Source: a virus. Taken from it: a DNA stretch of 40,798 nt. The DNA lies in IMG/VR virus record IMGVR_UViG_3300045988_006413; one strand, written 5' to 3'. This document shows, one piece after another, positions 1 through 8,003 of the stretch (positions are counted from its first letter, which is position 1; the number at the start of each line of letters is the position of its first letter). The position numbers and the translations under genes are program-made. The notes below the pieces were generated by a model, which ran no database searches, had not been told where the DNA came from, and saw only the letters and a program-made list of their open reading frames with translations.

Positions 1-54
1 CGATAGACCGTCCGCAGTAGGCACAGTGGCCGTCATACTTCGCATAGACCGCTT
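1..54. repeat. Terminal duplicate, copy 1 (identical to 40745..40798)
   Basis: cgatagaccgtccgcagtaggcacagtggccgtcatacttcgcatagaccgctt is read at both ends, 54/54 identical. Confidence 0.95.
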
Positions 55-79
55 CTCGCGTTTTCTTGCCGAAGCTCAT
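1..79 (-). CDS. HNH endonuclease, N-terminal codons (gene wraps the junction; continues in 40470..40798)
   Basis: Minus-strand ATG at 77..79 gives MSFGKKTREAVYAKYDGHCAYCGRSID. This reads through the duplicated 54-mer into ..IRDMQVDHFRP.. of ORF 40470..40733. ATGA overlap with the stop of 76..381. Confidence 0.8.
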   Translation of the reverse strand, partial: MSFGKKTREAVYAKYDGHCAYCGRSI

Positions 80-381
80 GCTCCGTCTCCTCCTTCAAAA
101 TACCGTGTCCGTTCTTCCTGCGTAGGCCAGTCTGGGGCGAGGCCACGCTTGCGGCGGTTCCGTTTCCATCCGCTGTAAATCTTCGCATCGCGCTCGTCGA
201 TGCTGTACCCAACGCCGCGTTCTGCCCGGTTGTGAACCAGAAGTGGTCGCGGGTAATTCGGATTTCGTGCCCTCAGAACCTCGTACTCGCCGACAGGTTC
301 TTCGATTTTCCAGCCGCTTTGCTTCAAGTATGCTCTGAGGTCGGACAGCATTCCGTGTCTGACCGTCAATCTGTTCTTCAT
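76..381 (-). CDS. Hypothetical protein, 101 aa
   Basis: ORF track entry, packed in the minus-strand operon. Its stop overlaps the HNH start (ATGA). Confidence 0.6.
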   Translation of the reverse strand: MKNRLTVRHGMLSDLRAYLKQSGWKIEEPVGEYEVLRARNPNYPRPLLVHNRAERGVGYSIDERDAKIYSGWKRNRRKRGLAPDWPTQEERTRYFEGGDGA

Positions 382-384
382 CTG

Positions 385-852
385 CTACTCCATTTCCCGC
401 AACGCCTTTTCAGCTTCTTCTCGCGTCAGGAATACGGTTTTGCCAAATCCATTTAGCGCTACGCCATACTTCCGCCCTCTGGCGCCTATTGGCTCAAGGC
501 CAACAAATCCGATCTCATTACCAAGGCCGATCTGCTTGATCTCGCACTCGCTTATATGCTTATCCGTGTCCAGCAGGGCAAACACCCGATGACCAACCTT
601 GCACGGCAGGATGATTGCGCGCCCCTCCTTATCGGCCACAGCCAGCTCCCGCAGGCGCATCAGCGTCATGCCGTCGCCCAGTCTCAAAATTGCGTGCAGA
701 TTTGCCGCATCCTCCGGGGATAGCTTGCTGTCCTCGTACTGTTTGAGTCGCTCCCAGACCTGTTTCTGGCTGCAAGCGGTATTCGGTGGGCACTTCACTT
801 CCTTGCACCGCGCAATATCGCAGAAGTTGCCCTCAAATGTCAGTCGTTCCAT
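385..852 (-). CDS. Hypothetical phage protein, 155 aa, Cys-rich N-terminus
   Basis: ORF track entry. N-terminal FCDIARCKEVKCPPNTAC. Start lies inside the stop region of the upstream micro-ORF. Confidence 0.6.
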   Translation of the reverse strand: MERLTFEGNFCDIARCKEVKCPPNTACSQKQVWERLKQYEDSKLSPEDAANLHAILRLGDGMTLMRLRELAVADKEGRAIILPCKVGHRVFALLDTDKHISECEIKQIGLGNEIGFVGLEPIGARGRKYGVALNGFGKTVFLTREEAEKALREME

Positions 853-983
853 CGCTCCACCTCCTCCTTCAACTCGTCATACAGTTCGCTGAACCGCTTG
901 TTCCACGTCCTTAGCCCGAAGAAACAGTACACGCCCAATACGATCCACAGCCAGCTGGCGAAGTTTTGCAACAGATTTTCCAT
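840..983 (-). CDS. Small membrane protein, 47 aa (below ORF-track cutoff)
   Basis: Read by hand: MENLLQNFASWLWIVLGVYCFFGLRTWNKRFSELYDELKEEVERWND. Strong SD (AAGGAGGTG). TGATG overlap with the upstream stop; its end overlaps the ATG of 385..852. Confidence 0.55.
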   Translation of the reverse strand: MENLLQNFASWLWIVLGVYCFFGLRTWNKRFSELYDELKEEVERWND

Positions 984-1486
984 CACTCCACCTCCTTCGG
1001 CGCTTCCGGCAGCGGCATCCAGTGGGTAACTGCGCAGTCTACCGGATTGTTGTATACATCATCGGGATTGAACTGCCGGTTTTCCCACCATCCCTCCGGG
1101 ATGTAGTAATCATCCGCCTCCTCGTCGTACAGGCCATAGCAGTAGATGTCGCTCCAGTTCCACGCACTGTCCCGCGTCAGCATCTTCCCATCCTCGTAGA
1201 TAGCCGGTATCACGAAAATGTATCCGTTTCGATTGCAAACTGCCAAAACATCCGTCTCGGGTTCCGGCAGCCGCTCCGCCACTGGAATCCACTGCTGCTT
1301 CTCTCGCAGTTCGGCAATCTCCTTCTGGTCGCGCTCGATCTGGTCGGCGGCGTGACGCAGAAGAAGATCGGTGCATGCTGGTTCGTACAGAGATGCAAAC
1401 ATGCATCCGGCACATCCGCTATTTCCAGTTGGCAAATCCGAACAGCTTCGCAGCGCCTTGACCAGTTCTTCCGGTTTCAAATTCAT
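983..1486 (-). CDS. DUF551-like phage protein
   Basis: Start taken at MNLKPEEL (SD GGGAGGA, ATGA overlap with the upstream stop). C-terminal WIPVAERLPE...THWMPLPEAP pattern is typical of DUF551. Confidence 0.6.
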   Translation of the reverse strand: MNLKPEELVKALRSCSDLPTGNSGCAGCMFASLYEPACTDLLLRHAADQIERDQKEIAELREKQQWIPVAERLPEPETDVLAVCNRNGYIFVIPAIYEDGKMLTRDSAWNWSDIYCYGLYDEEADDYYIPEGWWENRQFNPDDVYNNPVDCAVTHWMPLPEAPKEVE

Positions 1487-2364
1487 ATCAAATCCTCCCG
1501 AAATTCTTCTAATACTTCCTGCCCCGGAAGCACATCGTTCTCCATCCACATGTGGAACACATCCACTCCCGTCTGCCAGTTCCCGCCTTTTCCAGCGATC
1601 CGGCGGTTCTCCAGCATCCGATCGAACGCCCGGATATACGCCTGTTTATGCTTCGGCCATCTGGTGAAATCCTCCAGGCGTTTTCGTTTTGACGCCAGTG
1701 GACAGCCGATACACCCCACGCGGGATAGCCCGCAGCCATAAAGCGGATTCATGCAGATCTTTTCTTCCTCCACGTAATCCCATACGTCTTTGTCCTCCCA
1801 TCCGATGATTGGATTCACGATGCGCTTTCCTTTCATCTGGCAGTTTTCAAACTGCATCCGTCCCTCATCGTTGTCCTCCATCAGCATGAGTTTCTGCTTC
1901 GCGTTGTGTGCCTGCACTTCGATCAGCCCCCGCCCGTTCCTGCGCTTCGGGCTTTCCGCCCAGCGGACACCGGTTGCAATAAAGCGCCCCTTTCCACTGA
2001 CTTCTTTCAATTTCTCGCAGCAGTACCGCATGAGCCTCGTCGGAGGCATCATTTTTTTCGGTATTAAATTCCACATGGTAACGCGCTTCCCGTCCGGCTG
2101 GACGTGCGCATCGATAACGCACTTTACGCCCTTTTCCTCCATTCGGCGGAATGTGTCCCGCACATGGTAGACCGTTTCCGGCGCATCTGCCGTGGTTAGG
2201 GAGTGTAGGACTTCAAATGGAATACCGCTGTTTTCTGCCAGCCGGAGCAGCACGTCGCTATCCTTCCCACCGGAGTATGTAATTACCAGCGGCTGCTTGT
2301 AGAGCTTCAAACTCTGCGCCGATGCAAACCGCAGCGCCTCAAACGCGCTCTGTTCTAAATTCAT
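1483..2364 (-). CDS. Phosphoadenosine phosphosulfate (PAPS) reductase family / PP-loop ATPase-like protein
   Basis: PP-loop motif ITYSGGKDS near the N-terminus and a C-terminal Cys cluster (GCGLSRVGCIGCP). Start taken at MNLEQSAF with SD GAGGAA. Confidence 0.75.
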   Translation of the reverse strand: MNLEQSAFEALRFASAQSLKLYKQPLVITYSGGKDSDVLLRLAENSGIPFEVLHSLTTADAPETVYHVRDTFRRMEEKGVKCVIDAHVQPDGKRVTMWNLIPKKMMPPTRLMRYCCEKLKEVSGKGRFIATGVRWAESPKRRNGRGLIEVQAHNAKQKLMLMEDNDEGRMQFENCQMKGKRIVNPIIGWEDKDVWDYVEEEKICMNPLYGCGLSRVGCIGCPLASKRKRLEDFTRWPKHKQAYIRAFDRMLENRRIAGKGGNWQTGVDVFHMWMENDVLPGQEVLEEFREDLI

Positions 2365-3001
2365 TTTGTTCCTCGCAAATATCCACGATGTGCTCACAAA
2401 GTGCTGGAGGGATCACGGACCGCTCTTTGCTGCCCTTCAGCCCCTGCGTGCCGGTCTTCGCGCCTCTTGGGGCCGCAACGTGGCACGGGTCTCCATTGTG
2501 GCACATCGGCTTGAATTTGGGATTTGGATGGTTCGTCCAGATGTCGGTCGGCTTCATCCGAGTGTCGCCATACTGGCAGTATGTAACGGTGTAGCGCGGC
2601 AGATCTCGCATCCACGTCATCTTCCTCATGCCGCCGCGCGGGTTCTCGATGAACCAGTACCTCGGATGCAGCTCACGGATAAGCTCTAAAACGTGCTGAT
2701 CTACCTTGTCGCAGAATTTCGCGTACTCGCTCACCGCATCCAGATTCCCGGTCTCAGCATTTTTCCGCCGATGGTGAGATATAGCGGCTATTGAGAATGT
2801 TGTGCAGTCCGGACTGGCCCATATCACATCTGGATGGCCGAATTTCTCCAAGATGTCCTTTGCAGTCACAGTCAGGACATCAGCATATAGGTCGATATTC
2901 TCGAAATCCTTATCCCACTCTACCGAATAAATTTCGTGCCCACGCGCCCCAAATGCTTTTCCGATGCTGCGCGTCCCAGCAAATAATTCCAGTACTTTCA
3001 T
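2339..3001 (-). CDS. Compact DNA (cytosine-5) methyltransferase-like protein, 220 aa
   Basis: Motif I LELFAGTRS, motif IV ASPDCTTFS (Pro-Cys), motif VI FIENPRG, QYGDTRMKPT and a C-terminal ERSVIPPAL. Confidence 0.7.
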   Translation of the reverse strand: MKVLELFAGTRSIGKAFGARGHEIYSVEWDKDFENIDLYADVLTVTAKDILEKFGHPDVIWASPDCTTFSIAAISHHRRKNAETGNLDAVSEYAKFCDKVDQHVLELIRELHPRYWFIENPRGGMRKMTWMRDLPRYTVTYCQYGDTRMKPTDIWTNHPNPKFKPMCHNGDPCHVAAPRGAKTGTQGLKGSKERSVIPPALCEHIVDICEEQNEFRTERV

Positions 3002-3201
3002 TTCAGCAGCCCCATTCTTTTCAATCTCGCTACACTCCGTGACCGCTTTTCCGCGTCCGCAGTGTAGGCGTCGCGGCTCCGTTCAGCTTCTCTCGCCCGA
3101 TATTCCGCCTGTTTCGCTTCCTCGTATTCCAGATAAGGCGCACACTTGGTGTGGCATCCCACTGTCCGTCTCGGGCAGTCCCTCTCACACGGCGGCTTCA
3201 C
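2998..3201 (-). CDS. Cys-rich small protein, about 67 aa
   Basis: GTG start at 3199..3201 preceded by GGAGGA, with GTGA overlap with the ASCH gene stop. Sequence KPPCERDCPRRTVGCHTKC. The track ORF extends to 3258. Confidence 0.5.
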   Translation of the reverse strand: MKPPCERDCPRRTVGCHTKCAPYLEYEEAKQAEYRAREAERSRDAYTADAEKRSRSVARLKRMGLLK

Positions 3202-3875
3202 GGCAATTCCTCCACATAGCCCCAGCTCTGAGGCGGACGGCGAATTGTATTTCCACATTCCACGATGTTAATGCTTCCGTCGGGGTTGTAATCATATCTC
3301 TGGAACGAACACGCAATCCTGCGTGACGGGCACGTCCCATCATCGTTTTTATATCTGCAAGCAGCCGTAAACTCACTCAGCTCCTTCGGCTCATCGTAGA
3401 TCTTCAGGTCGGAGATATGCCAGCCAAACCCATACCGGTCTTTGAGGTAATCCTCAGCTTCGTCTTCAGTCAGGCAAGCCCTCTGAAAAAGTTCTTTCGC
3501 CGGTCGTATGCGGGCGTCTGCGTTCAGAATGTTATACCGCGGCATCTCCCCGCTGCCCATGTACCCGACTCTGGCGAGCGCATCAATGCGGTAGCAAACA
3601 AACTCGCCGATAACTTTTCCATTGCCGAGAAAATGACGCTCTTGGCACTCTCCCAAATTAGCGCATACAGCTACCAGCCCGTCATACTCTTTCCTCGCCT
3701 GATCGTTTAACACCCACAATCTATCAGGGTCTTGCCCGTTCCGCGTGCAGTAGATGTAGCACTTAAACGGCGTATCCATCTTCGGGCGCGTCTTGCGGAC
3801 CTCGATGGTCTTTTCGCCTAACACGATCTTCTCGCACCATTTTGGACGGATGCTGATAAGTACCGCTTTACTCAT
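3198..3875 (-). CDS. ASCH (PUA-like) domain protein
   Basis: N-terminal AVLISIRPKWCEKIVLGEKTIEVRK pattern is typical of ASCH domains. 225 aa. Confidence 0.6.
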   Translation of the reverse strand: MSKAVLISIRPKWCEKIVLGEKTIEVRKTRPKMDTPFKCYIYCTRNGQDPDRLWVLNDQARKEYDGLVAVCANLGECQERHFLGNGKVIGEFVCYRIDALARVGYMGSGEMPRYNILNADARIRPAKELFQRACLTEDEAEDYLKDRYGFGWHISDLKIYDEPKELSEFTAACRYKNDDGTCPSRRIACSFQRYDYNPDGSINIVECGNTIRRPPQSWGYVEELP

Positions 3876-4236
3876 CCGTGATCACCACTTTCATGTAATT
3901 TTCATCGTGGAAAAAGCTATGTTTCTCTCTGTAATGCCGCCGGTCATCGTTCCGGAGCAGCCAGCCTTTGAGCGCATCCACGGTCATTTTCTCAATCGCC
4001 GCATGGTTGTCTATGTCCATGCGGGTGTTGTGCCAGAAGGAAATCGATACCGGCTTTTCAAACAGCCGAACCGGAACGCCCTGTTGTCTCAGGCACAGCC
4101 GCACAAGCGCCTCAAGGTCTCTGGCGTCCGCCGCCCGGACGTGGTGGTTCTTCCCCGACCAGTATGCATTAAGGCCGTAACGCTTCGTCCATGCGCTCTT
4201 GCGGGCAGGATATGGCACAGTGAACTCAATCGTCAT
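3868..4236 (-). CDS. rusA: RusA-family Holliday junction resolvase
   Basis: Start at MTIEFTV with SD GAGGGA. Sequence RMDIDNHAAIEKMTVDALKGWLLRNDD matches the RusA DxDN...DD pattern. Confidence 0.7.
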   Translation of the reverse strand: MTIEFTVPYPARKSAWTKRYGLNAYWSGKNHHVRAADARDLEALVRLCLRQQGVPVRLFEKPVSISFWHNTRMDIDNHAAIEKMTVDALKGWLLRNDDRRHYREKHSFFHDENYMKVVITDE

Positions 4237-4387
4237 GGCGTTCCCTCGGCAGCTTGATCGTTTCCCCATCGGCCAGATCGTCTGAGCTGAGCTGATAGGA
4301 TGCAAGCTGCAATCCGCTTCCGGTGTGCTCCACGCCGCAGAAAAAAGCGCAAATCATACCGTCCGGCAAATCAAGCGTGATCTTCAT
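4226..4387 (-). CDS. Small hypothetical protein, 53 aa (below ORF-track cutoff)
   Basis: Read by hand: MKITLDLPDGMICAFFCGVEHTGSGLQLASYQLSSDDLADGETIKLPRERHDD. SD AAGGAGG 6 nt upstream. Fills the gap between 4371 and 4236. Confidence 0.6.
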   Translation of the reverse strand: MKITLDLPDGMICAFFCGVEHTGSGLQLASYQLSSDDLADGETIKLPRERHDD

Positions 4388-4841
4388 GTTCTTCCTCCTT
4401 CTGCACCCACAGGTGGCAGTTGTAGCGCTGCTCCTTGCCTTCCGGCCTGAACATGCAATAATCGTTCCCGCAGTTCTCGCAGCTCCGCTGCTTCATCCTG
4501 ACGATCTCATCGTAGAAGCACTTCGCGTCCGCGACCGCTTCCTCGTACCGCGCTTTGTAGTCCTTCGCCCTCGACACCAGCATCCCGCGCTCCTTTTTGA
4601 TCTCATCCAGCATATGGTTTAGCCGGAGGATTTCGCGGGCCTGTTCGTCGGCATGGATTTGAAGCTCATAGAGCTTCGAGGGATTTTCACAGTGCTTGCA
4701 GGCGATTGCCCGCGCCAGTTTTTCGAGAAGCATTTTCCGTTCCTTTCCCGCTGCATCTGCGCAGCGTTCCGCGCGGCTAAATAGCCGCAGTTCGTCATTT
4801 TCATTCTTTGATCCTGATCGGGAGCACCATTTTGATGTCAT
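4371..4841 (-). CDS. Hypothetical coiled-coil protein with CxxC pairs (start 4841 or 4733)
   Basis: ORF track entry. CKHCEN and CENCGNDYC motifs flank a charged helical stretch. The upstream part overlaps 4801..5352 by 41 nt, so the internal ATG at 4733 is an alternative start. Confidence 0.5.
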   Translation of the reverse strand: MTSKWCSRSGSKNENDELRLFSRAERCADAAGKERKMLLEKLARAIACKHCENPSKLYELQIHADEQAREILRLNHMLDEIKKERGMLVSRAKDYKARYEEAVADAKCFYDEIVRMKQRSCENCGNDYCMFRPEGKEQRYNCHLWVQKEEEHEDHA

Positions 4842-5352
4842 CCGTGTTCGTTCGGATAATTACGGGCGTTGTCGGCGTCCAGAACTCCAATACGATTGGA
4901 TTCTTGAACGTCTGACCGGCGCTGACCTTTGCGGCCTGAAGCGCATTTAACAGGTAATTCCCGTTGAACCCGATCCTGAACGTCGGTTCGTCCTTCGGGA
5001 TTACTTTCTGCCACTCAAATCTCTGTGAGACATCCGGCTGTTCGAAACCGAAAAGCGCCCCAGCGCAGCGGATCTGCACTTCATTTTCGACCTTCTCAAT
5101 CGTCGCGTACTGCTTCTTCGGCAAGCGGAATCCACCGCGAATGTATACCGTGAAGTTCTCATCACAGGAACCGATCACGGAGTGTTCTACACTCAGACGG
5201 TAGCCATCACAAGCATTTGCCGTCACCTTCAGCGTCGTGGCATCAAAGTCAAGCCGAACATAGCCATACTGCGTGCGTTCTCCGCTTCTGCAAAACTGCT
5301 TCGTCGCATCCATGATGCGGTTGAAATCATTTCCGAGAATTGTTGCTTTCAT
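4801..5352 (-). CDS. DNA polymerase III beta (DnaN) sliding-clamp-like protein, half length (183 aa)
   Basis: ANACDGYRLSVE resembles the DnaN ATDGHRLA motif. FEWQKVIPKD resembles the FPDY..VIP motif. IGFNGNYLLNALQA...PVIIR...VLPIRI resembles the DnaN C-terminal domain. Confidence 0.6.
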   Translation of the reverse strand: MKATILGNDFNRIMDATKQFCRSGERTQYGYVRLDFDATTLKVTANACDGYRLSVEHSVIGSCDENFTVYIRGGFRLPKKQYATIEKVENEVQIRCAGALFGFEQPDVSQRFEWQKVIPKDEPTFRIGFNGNYLLNALQAAKVSAGQTFKNPIVLEFWTPTTPVIIRTNTDDIKMVLPIRIKE

Positions 5353-5360
5353 ATTTCCTC

Positions 5361-5933
5361 CTATTCTTCAATCAACAGCCCCGAAGATTGTGGTTTGTCC
5401 ATTGCCAGCTGATCCGCAAACCCGGAAATGAACTGTCTTACGCTGCTCGGCAGCGCGGCATATTCTTTGTCGGATTGCTGGCGCACGTTGTAACTCCGCT
5501 GGAAATTTGACGCGATAACCGACGATACCGTATCGGCCTCCATCAGCGCCCATTCTCGGATCTGTTGCGGCGAACCGACCAGCCGTTGAATATTCTTAGG
5601 CAGCTTCTGAAATTCCTCCTGAGAGCCGTACACGCCGTTTCGGATCGCCTTTGCGACGAGGTTCCAAGCCTCCTGCGCCGTCATTTCGTTTGGCGTTCTC
5701 ATCTTGACGAGCTGTGCCTTGATCTCGCCGATGTTTGGCGGAAATGTATTTGTCCGGGAGGCCAGCATCGCCTTTACGGCGATTGCCACATCTCGCACAG
5801 GCTCATCCGCAAACATTTCCGTCCAGAGATCGATGATCCGCACAAGGTCAGCATCCGGCAATCCCCGGTAAAACTGCGGGTATGCCCCTTGCAGCACCGC
5901 AAGGATCTGTTTTGTTTCGTTTCGATTCATCAC
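5361..5933 (-). CDS. Replicative helicase loader/inhibitor-like protein (SPP1 G39P-like)
   Basis: N-terminal ETKQILAVLQGAYPQFY...DLWTEMFADEP pattern. Positioned right after the replisome organizer, with ATGA overlap. Confidence 0.55.
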   Translation of the reverse strand: MMNRNETKQILAVLQGAYPQFYRGLPDADLVRIIDLWTEMFADEPVRDVAIAVKAMLASRTNTFPPNIGEIKAQLVKMRTPNEMTAQEAWNLVAKAIRNGVYGSQEEFQKLPKNIQRLVGSPQQIREWALMEADTVSSVIASNFQRSYNVRQQSDKEYAALPSSVRQFISGFADQLAMDKPQSSGLLIEE

Positions 5934-6748
5934 AAGTCCTCCCGCAAAAACGGATTTCCAGCGTTCCCATTCTGCCTCTGTCCCCGGAAGCCGCCGCCCT
6001 TATCCTGTTCTCTGGATAACCAAGAGGAGATAAAGGCCATGATCCCGCGCCGCGTTTTTCTTTTCGTGGGGTTGGCATCACACCAACCCGCCATCTTCCG
6101 AAGTTCCTGCATTACATCCACGGCAGGGTAAAGTTCCGTCCACTTGATGAGGTTTTCATTTGTGACCTCAAAGTACGATTTGTCATTCAGGATAATGGAG
6201 ATCACGGGCGGCGTGGAGGCGGTTTCCGGCTCCGCGCCATCCTCTACTTTACTCTCCTTTACTCTACTCTCCTTTACTCTACTTTCCTCTACTTTACTTT
6301 GTTTCTGGATGTCAGCATTTTCAGAAAGAATGTTTACATTTCTTGCTTGAATGTCAGCATTGATGCAAATTTGGGCGACATTAACCAGAAGGATGTTGTA
6401 ATCGACTTCGAGAACCTTACGGCGGCTGACTGCCTCAAAGTACCGTTTTTGTATGCCTCTTGAGGTCAATACATGGTACTTATCATAGATCTCTTTGTCG
6501 AACATCCCTCGTCTGATAGCGGCCTCTACTATTTCGGAAACGACGCTCCCACCCGTCCCGACTTTGCGGGAGAACAAAAGCGCAACCTCCTCTGTCCATT
6601 CAATGTAATAACCCGCCTTGCCGTAGATCTCTTGCAGCAAGTGAACGATTACACCAAATCCTGTCAAGCCATATTCTGCCTCTATCAGTTCAAACTTCGC
6701 ATCAAGGTTGACATCAAGCGGAAAGAAATCAATTCCGCTTTTCGCCAT
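5930..6748 (-). CDS. Phage replisome organizer / DUF4373 (Lin1244-like) origin-binding protein
   Basis: N-terminal GIDFFPLDVNLD..ELIEAEYGLTGFGV pattern. Internal SKVEE/SRVKE x4 repeat. C-terminal DnaD-like region. Confidence 0.65.
   Translation of the reverse strand: MAKSGIDFFPLDVNLDAKFELIEAEYGLTGFGVIVHLLQEIYGKAGYYIEWTEEVALLFSRKVGTGGSVVSEIVEAAIRRGMFDKEIYDKYHVLTSRGIQKRYFEAVSRRKVLEVDYNILLVNVAQICINADIQARNVNILSENADIQKQSKVEESRVKESRVKESKVEDGAEPETASTPPVISIILNDKSYFEVTNENLIKWTELYPAVDVMQELRKMAGWCDANPTKRKTRRGIMAFISSWLSREQDKGGGFRGQRQNGNAGNPFLREDL
6243..6302. repeat. Four tandem 15-bp units inside the replisome-organizer gene (candidate origin iterons)
   Basis: tctactttactctcc / tttactctactctcc / tttactctactttcc / tctactttactttgt, read directly. 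Confidence 0.8.
6309..6361. repeat. Direct repeat atgtcagcatt (6309..6319 and 6351..6361) flanking palindrome aatgtttacatt
   Basis: Identical 11-mers 42 bp apart, next to the 15-bp tandem repeats. Confidence 0.75.
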
Positions 6749-6759
6749 ACCTCATCCCC

Positions 6760-7158
6760 CTAGAACGGAAGATCCGGGCCATCTCCTGTGATCTCGCTGA
6801 ATCCGCCCTGCGGCTCGGATGTCTCCGCCCTGTCCTTCTTGCCCTCGCCAAAGTAGATATGATCGGCAAGGATTTCCGCCGAGCGGCGCTTGTTGCCCTC
6901 CTTGTCCTCCCAGTTGCGGATCTGCAACCGTCCGGTCACAATGGCCGCGCTGCCCTTGAAGAAGTATGTAGCCACGGTGTCCGCGAACTTCCCGAAGATG
7001 ACGCAGTCGATAAAGTCCGTTTCTTTCTCGCCGCCCTGCGGCTTGTAGTCCCGGTCGCAGGCCAGCGTGAAGCTCGTCACTGTGGTTCCGCTCTGCGTGA
7101 CACGTTTCTCCGGATCTCTTGTCATCCGTCCGAAGATCGCAATTTGATTCAATGCCAT
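6760..7158 (-). CDS. ssb: Single-stranded DNA-binding protein
   Basis: OB-fold SSB pattern (IFGRMTRDPE..TSFTLA..FIDCVIFGKFA..TGRLQIRNWEDKEG) and an acidic C-terminal tail ending DLPF. Confidence 0.9.
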   Translation of the reverse strand: MALNQIAIFGRMTRDPEKRVTQSGTTVTSFTLACDRDYKPQGGEKETDFIDCVIFGKFADTVATYFFKGSAAIVTGRLQIRNWEDKEGNKRRSAEILADHIYFGEGKKDRAETSEPQGGFSEITGDGPDLPF

Positions 7159-7159
7159 T

Positions 7160-7468
7160 TCAAAATTCCTTTCTGTATATCAGATTCTTTTCATCCCATC
7201 CGGGATATTGGCTTCTCAGATAATTCGCCAGCACTTCTTTGAGCGCCGCACGGTCAGCGGACTGGTCAAACCGTTGGTGACAAGGGTCGCACAGCGTAAT
7301 GACGTTCTCAACGATTCCAAGACCGCCTTGCGCCCGTGAAATGTAATGGCACCACGGATTCCCCGGTCTCCCGCAGAGGACGCAGCGCCCGCCGTCGCGC
7401 TCCCACACGGCCTGTTTGGTCGCCGCCTTGATGCTAGTGGCCCTCGTCTGCCTGTGCAGCTCTCTCAC
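7160..7468 (-). CDS. HNH endonuclease
   Basis: CVLCGR...CHYISRAQGG...NVITLCDPCH, i.e. HNH with Cys4 zinc ligands. Confidence 0.8.
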   Translation of the reverse strand: MRELHRQTRATSIKAATKQAVWERDGGRCVLCGRPGNPWCHYISRAQGGLGIVENVITLCDPCHQRFDQSADRAALKEVLANYLRSQYPGWDEKNLIYRKEF

Positions 7469-8003
7469 CCCATTCCAGATTCATCCGCGCCAGCTCGTCC
7501 GGCGTCAGCGTCTCAATGCCCAAGTTCTGCGCTTCCTGCACAGTTCCTTCAATCAGGCGGGACATTTCCTTACTGTCCATCAAGTGGGTCTGTTTGAATA
7601 CGATGTAGCAGTTGAATGCCACGCCGCCCTCGGTTCGCGTGTCGAAGCACTTTACATAGCGGTAAATCCGGCTGACATCCACGGAGACTGGCAGCTTAAA
7701 GCCGACCTTCATGCCGTCGTCGTCCCGTTCTACGGTTCCGTACTCCGTGACGAGGTTCGTTTTTACCTCCTCGAACCCCATGTGCATCGCATCTGCAATT
7801 TTCCCGACAAGAAGATGAAAATAGGCATTGGCGTCAAGGCTGCGCTTCTTCCGAAACTCCTTGATCTCGGCAACGTACTTTTTGCCCGGTATCATGTGTT
7901 CCAAGAACATCTGCGCTTTATACGGCACATCCGCCTTGATCCGCAGCCACGTCCCGGCGGCGTCCATCGTCCAGTCCGCCGCAGAAAACGTCAGTTCCGT
8001 CAT
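7434..8003 (-). CDS. NinB/Orf-like recombination mediator (tentative)
   Basis: Start at MTELTF (ATGA overlap with the ERF stop). KKRSLDANAYFHLLVGKIA and C-terminal ARMNLEWGE resemble lambda NinB (RSLDQN...LEWKARWG). Sits between ERF and SSB. Confidence 0.4.
   Translation of the reverse strand: MTELTFSAADWTMDAAGTWLRIKADVPYKAQMFLEHMIPGKKYVAEIKEFRKKRSLDANAYFHLLVGKIADAMHMGFEEVKTNLVTEYGTVERDDDGMKVGFKLPVSVDVSRIYRYVKCFDTRTEGGVAFNCYIVFKQTHLMDSKEMSRLIEGTVQEAQNLGIETLTPDELARMNLEWGERAAQADEGH

Noticed and set aside
1-54. Biological direct terminal repeat or cos end
   Set aside because: The repeat lies in the middle of an ORF that is intact only when the ends are joined, and its length fits an assembly k-mer overlap. 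The terminase and portal type suggests headful packaging. This cannot be fully excluded without read data.
1022-1741. 239-aa plus-strand ORF
   Set aside because: Antisense to the DUF551-like and PAPS-reductase-like genes, with no supporting signals. The same reasoning applies to the plus-strand ORFs at 7416..8024, 8204..8800, 20078..20869 and 30046..30837.
6243-6302. Possible CRISPR array or other repeat locus
   Set aside because: The units are contiguous 15-bp tandem repeats with no spacers, and they are in frame within a coding gene. They are better explained as iterons or a peptide repeat.
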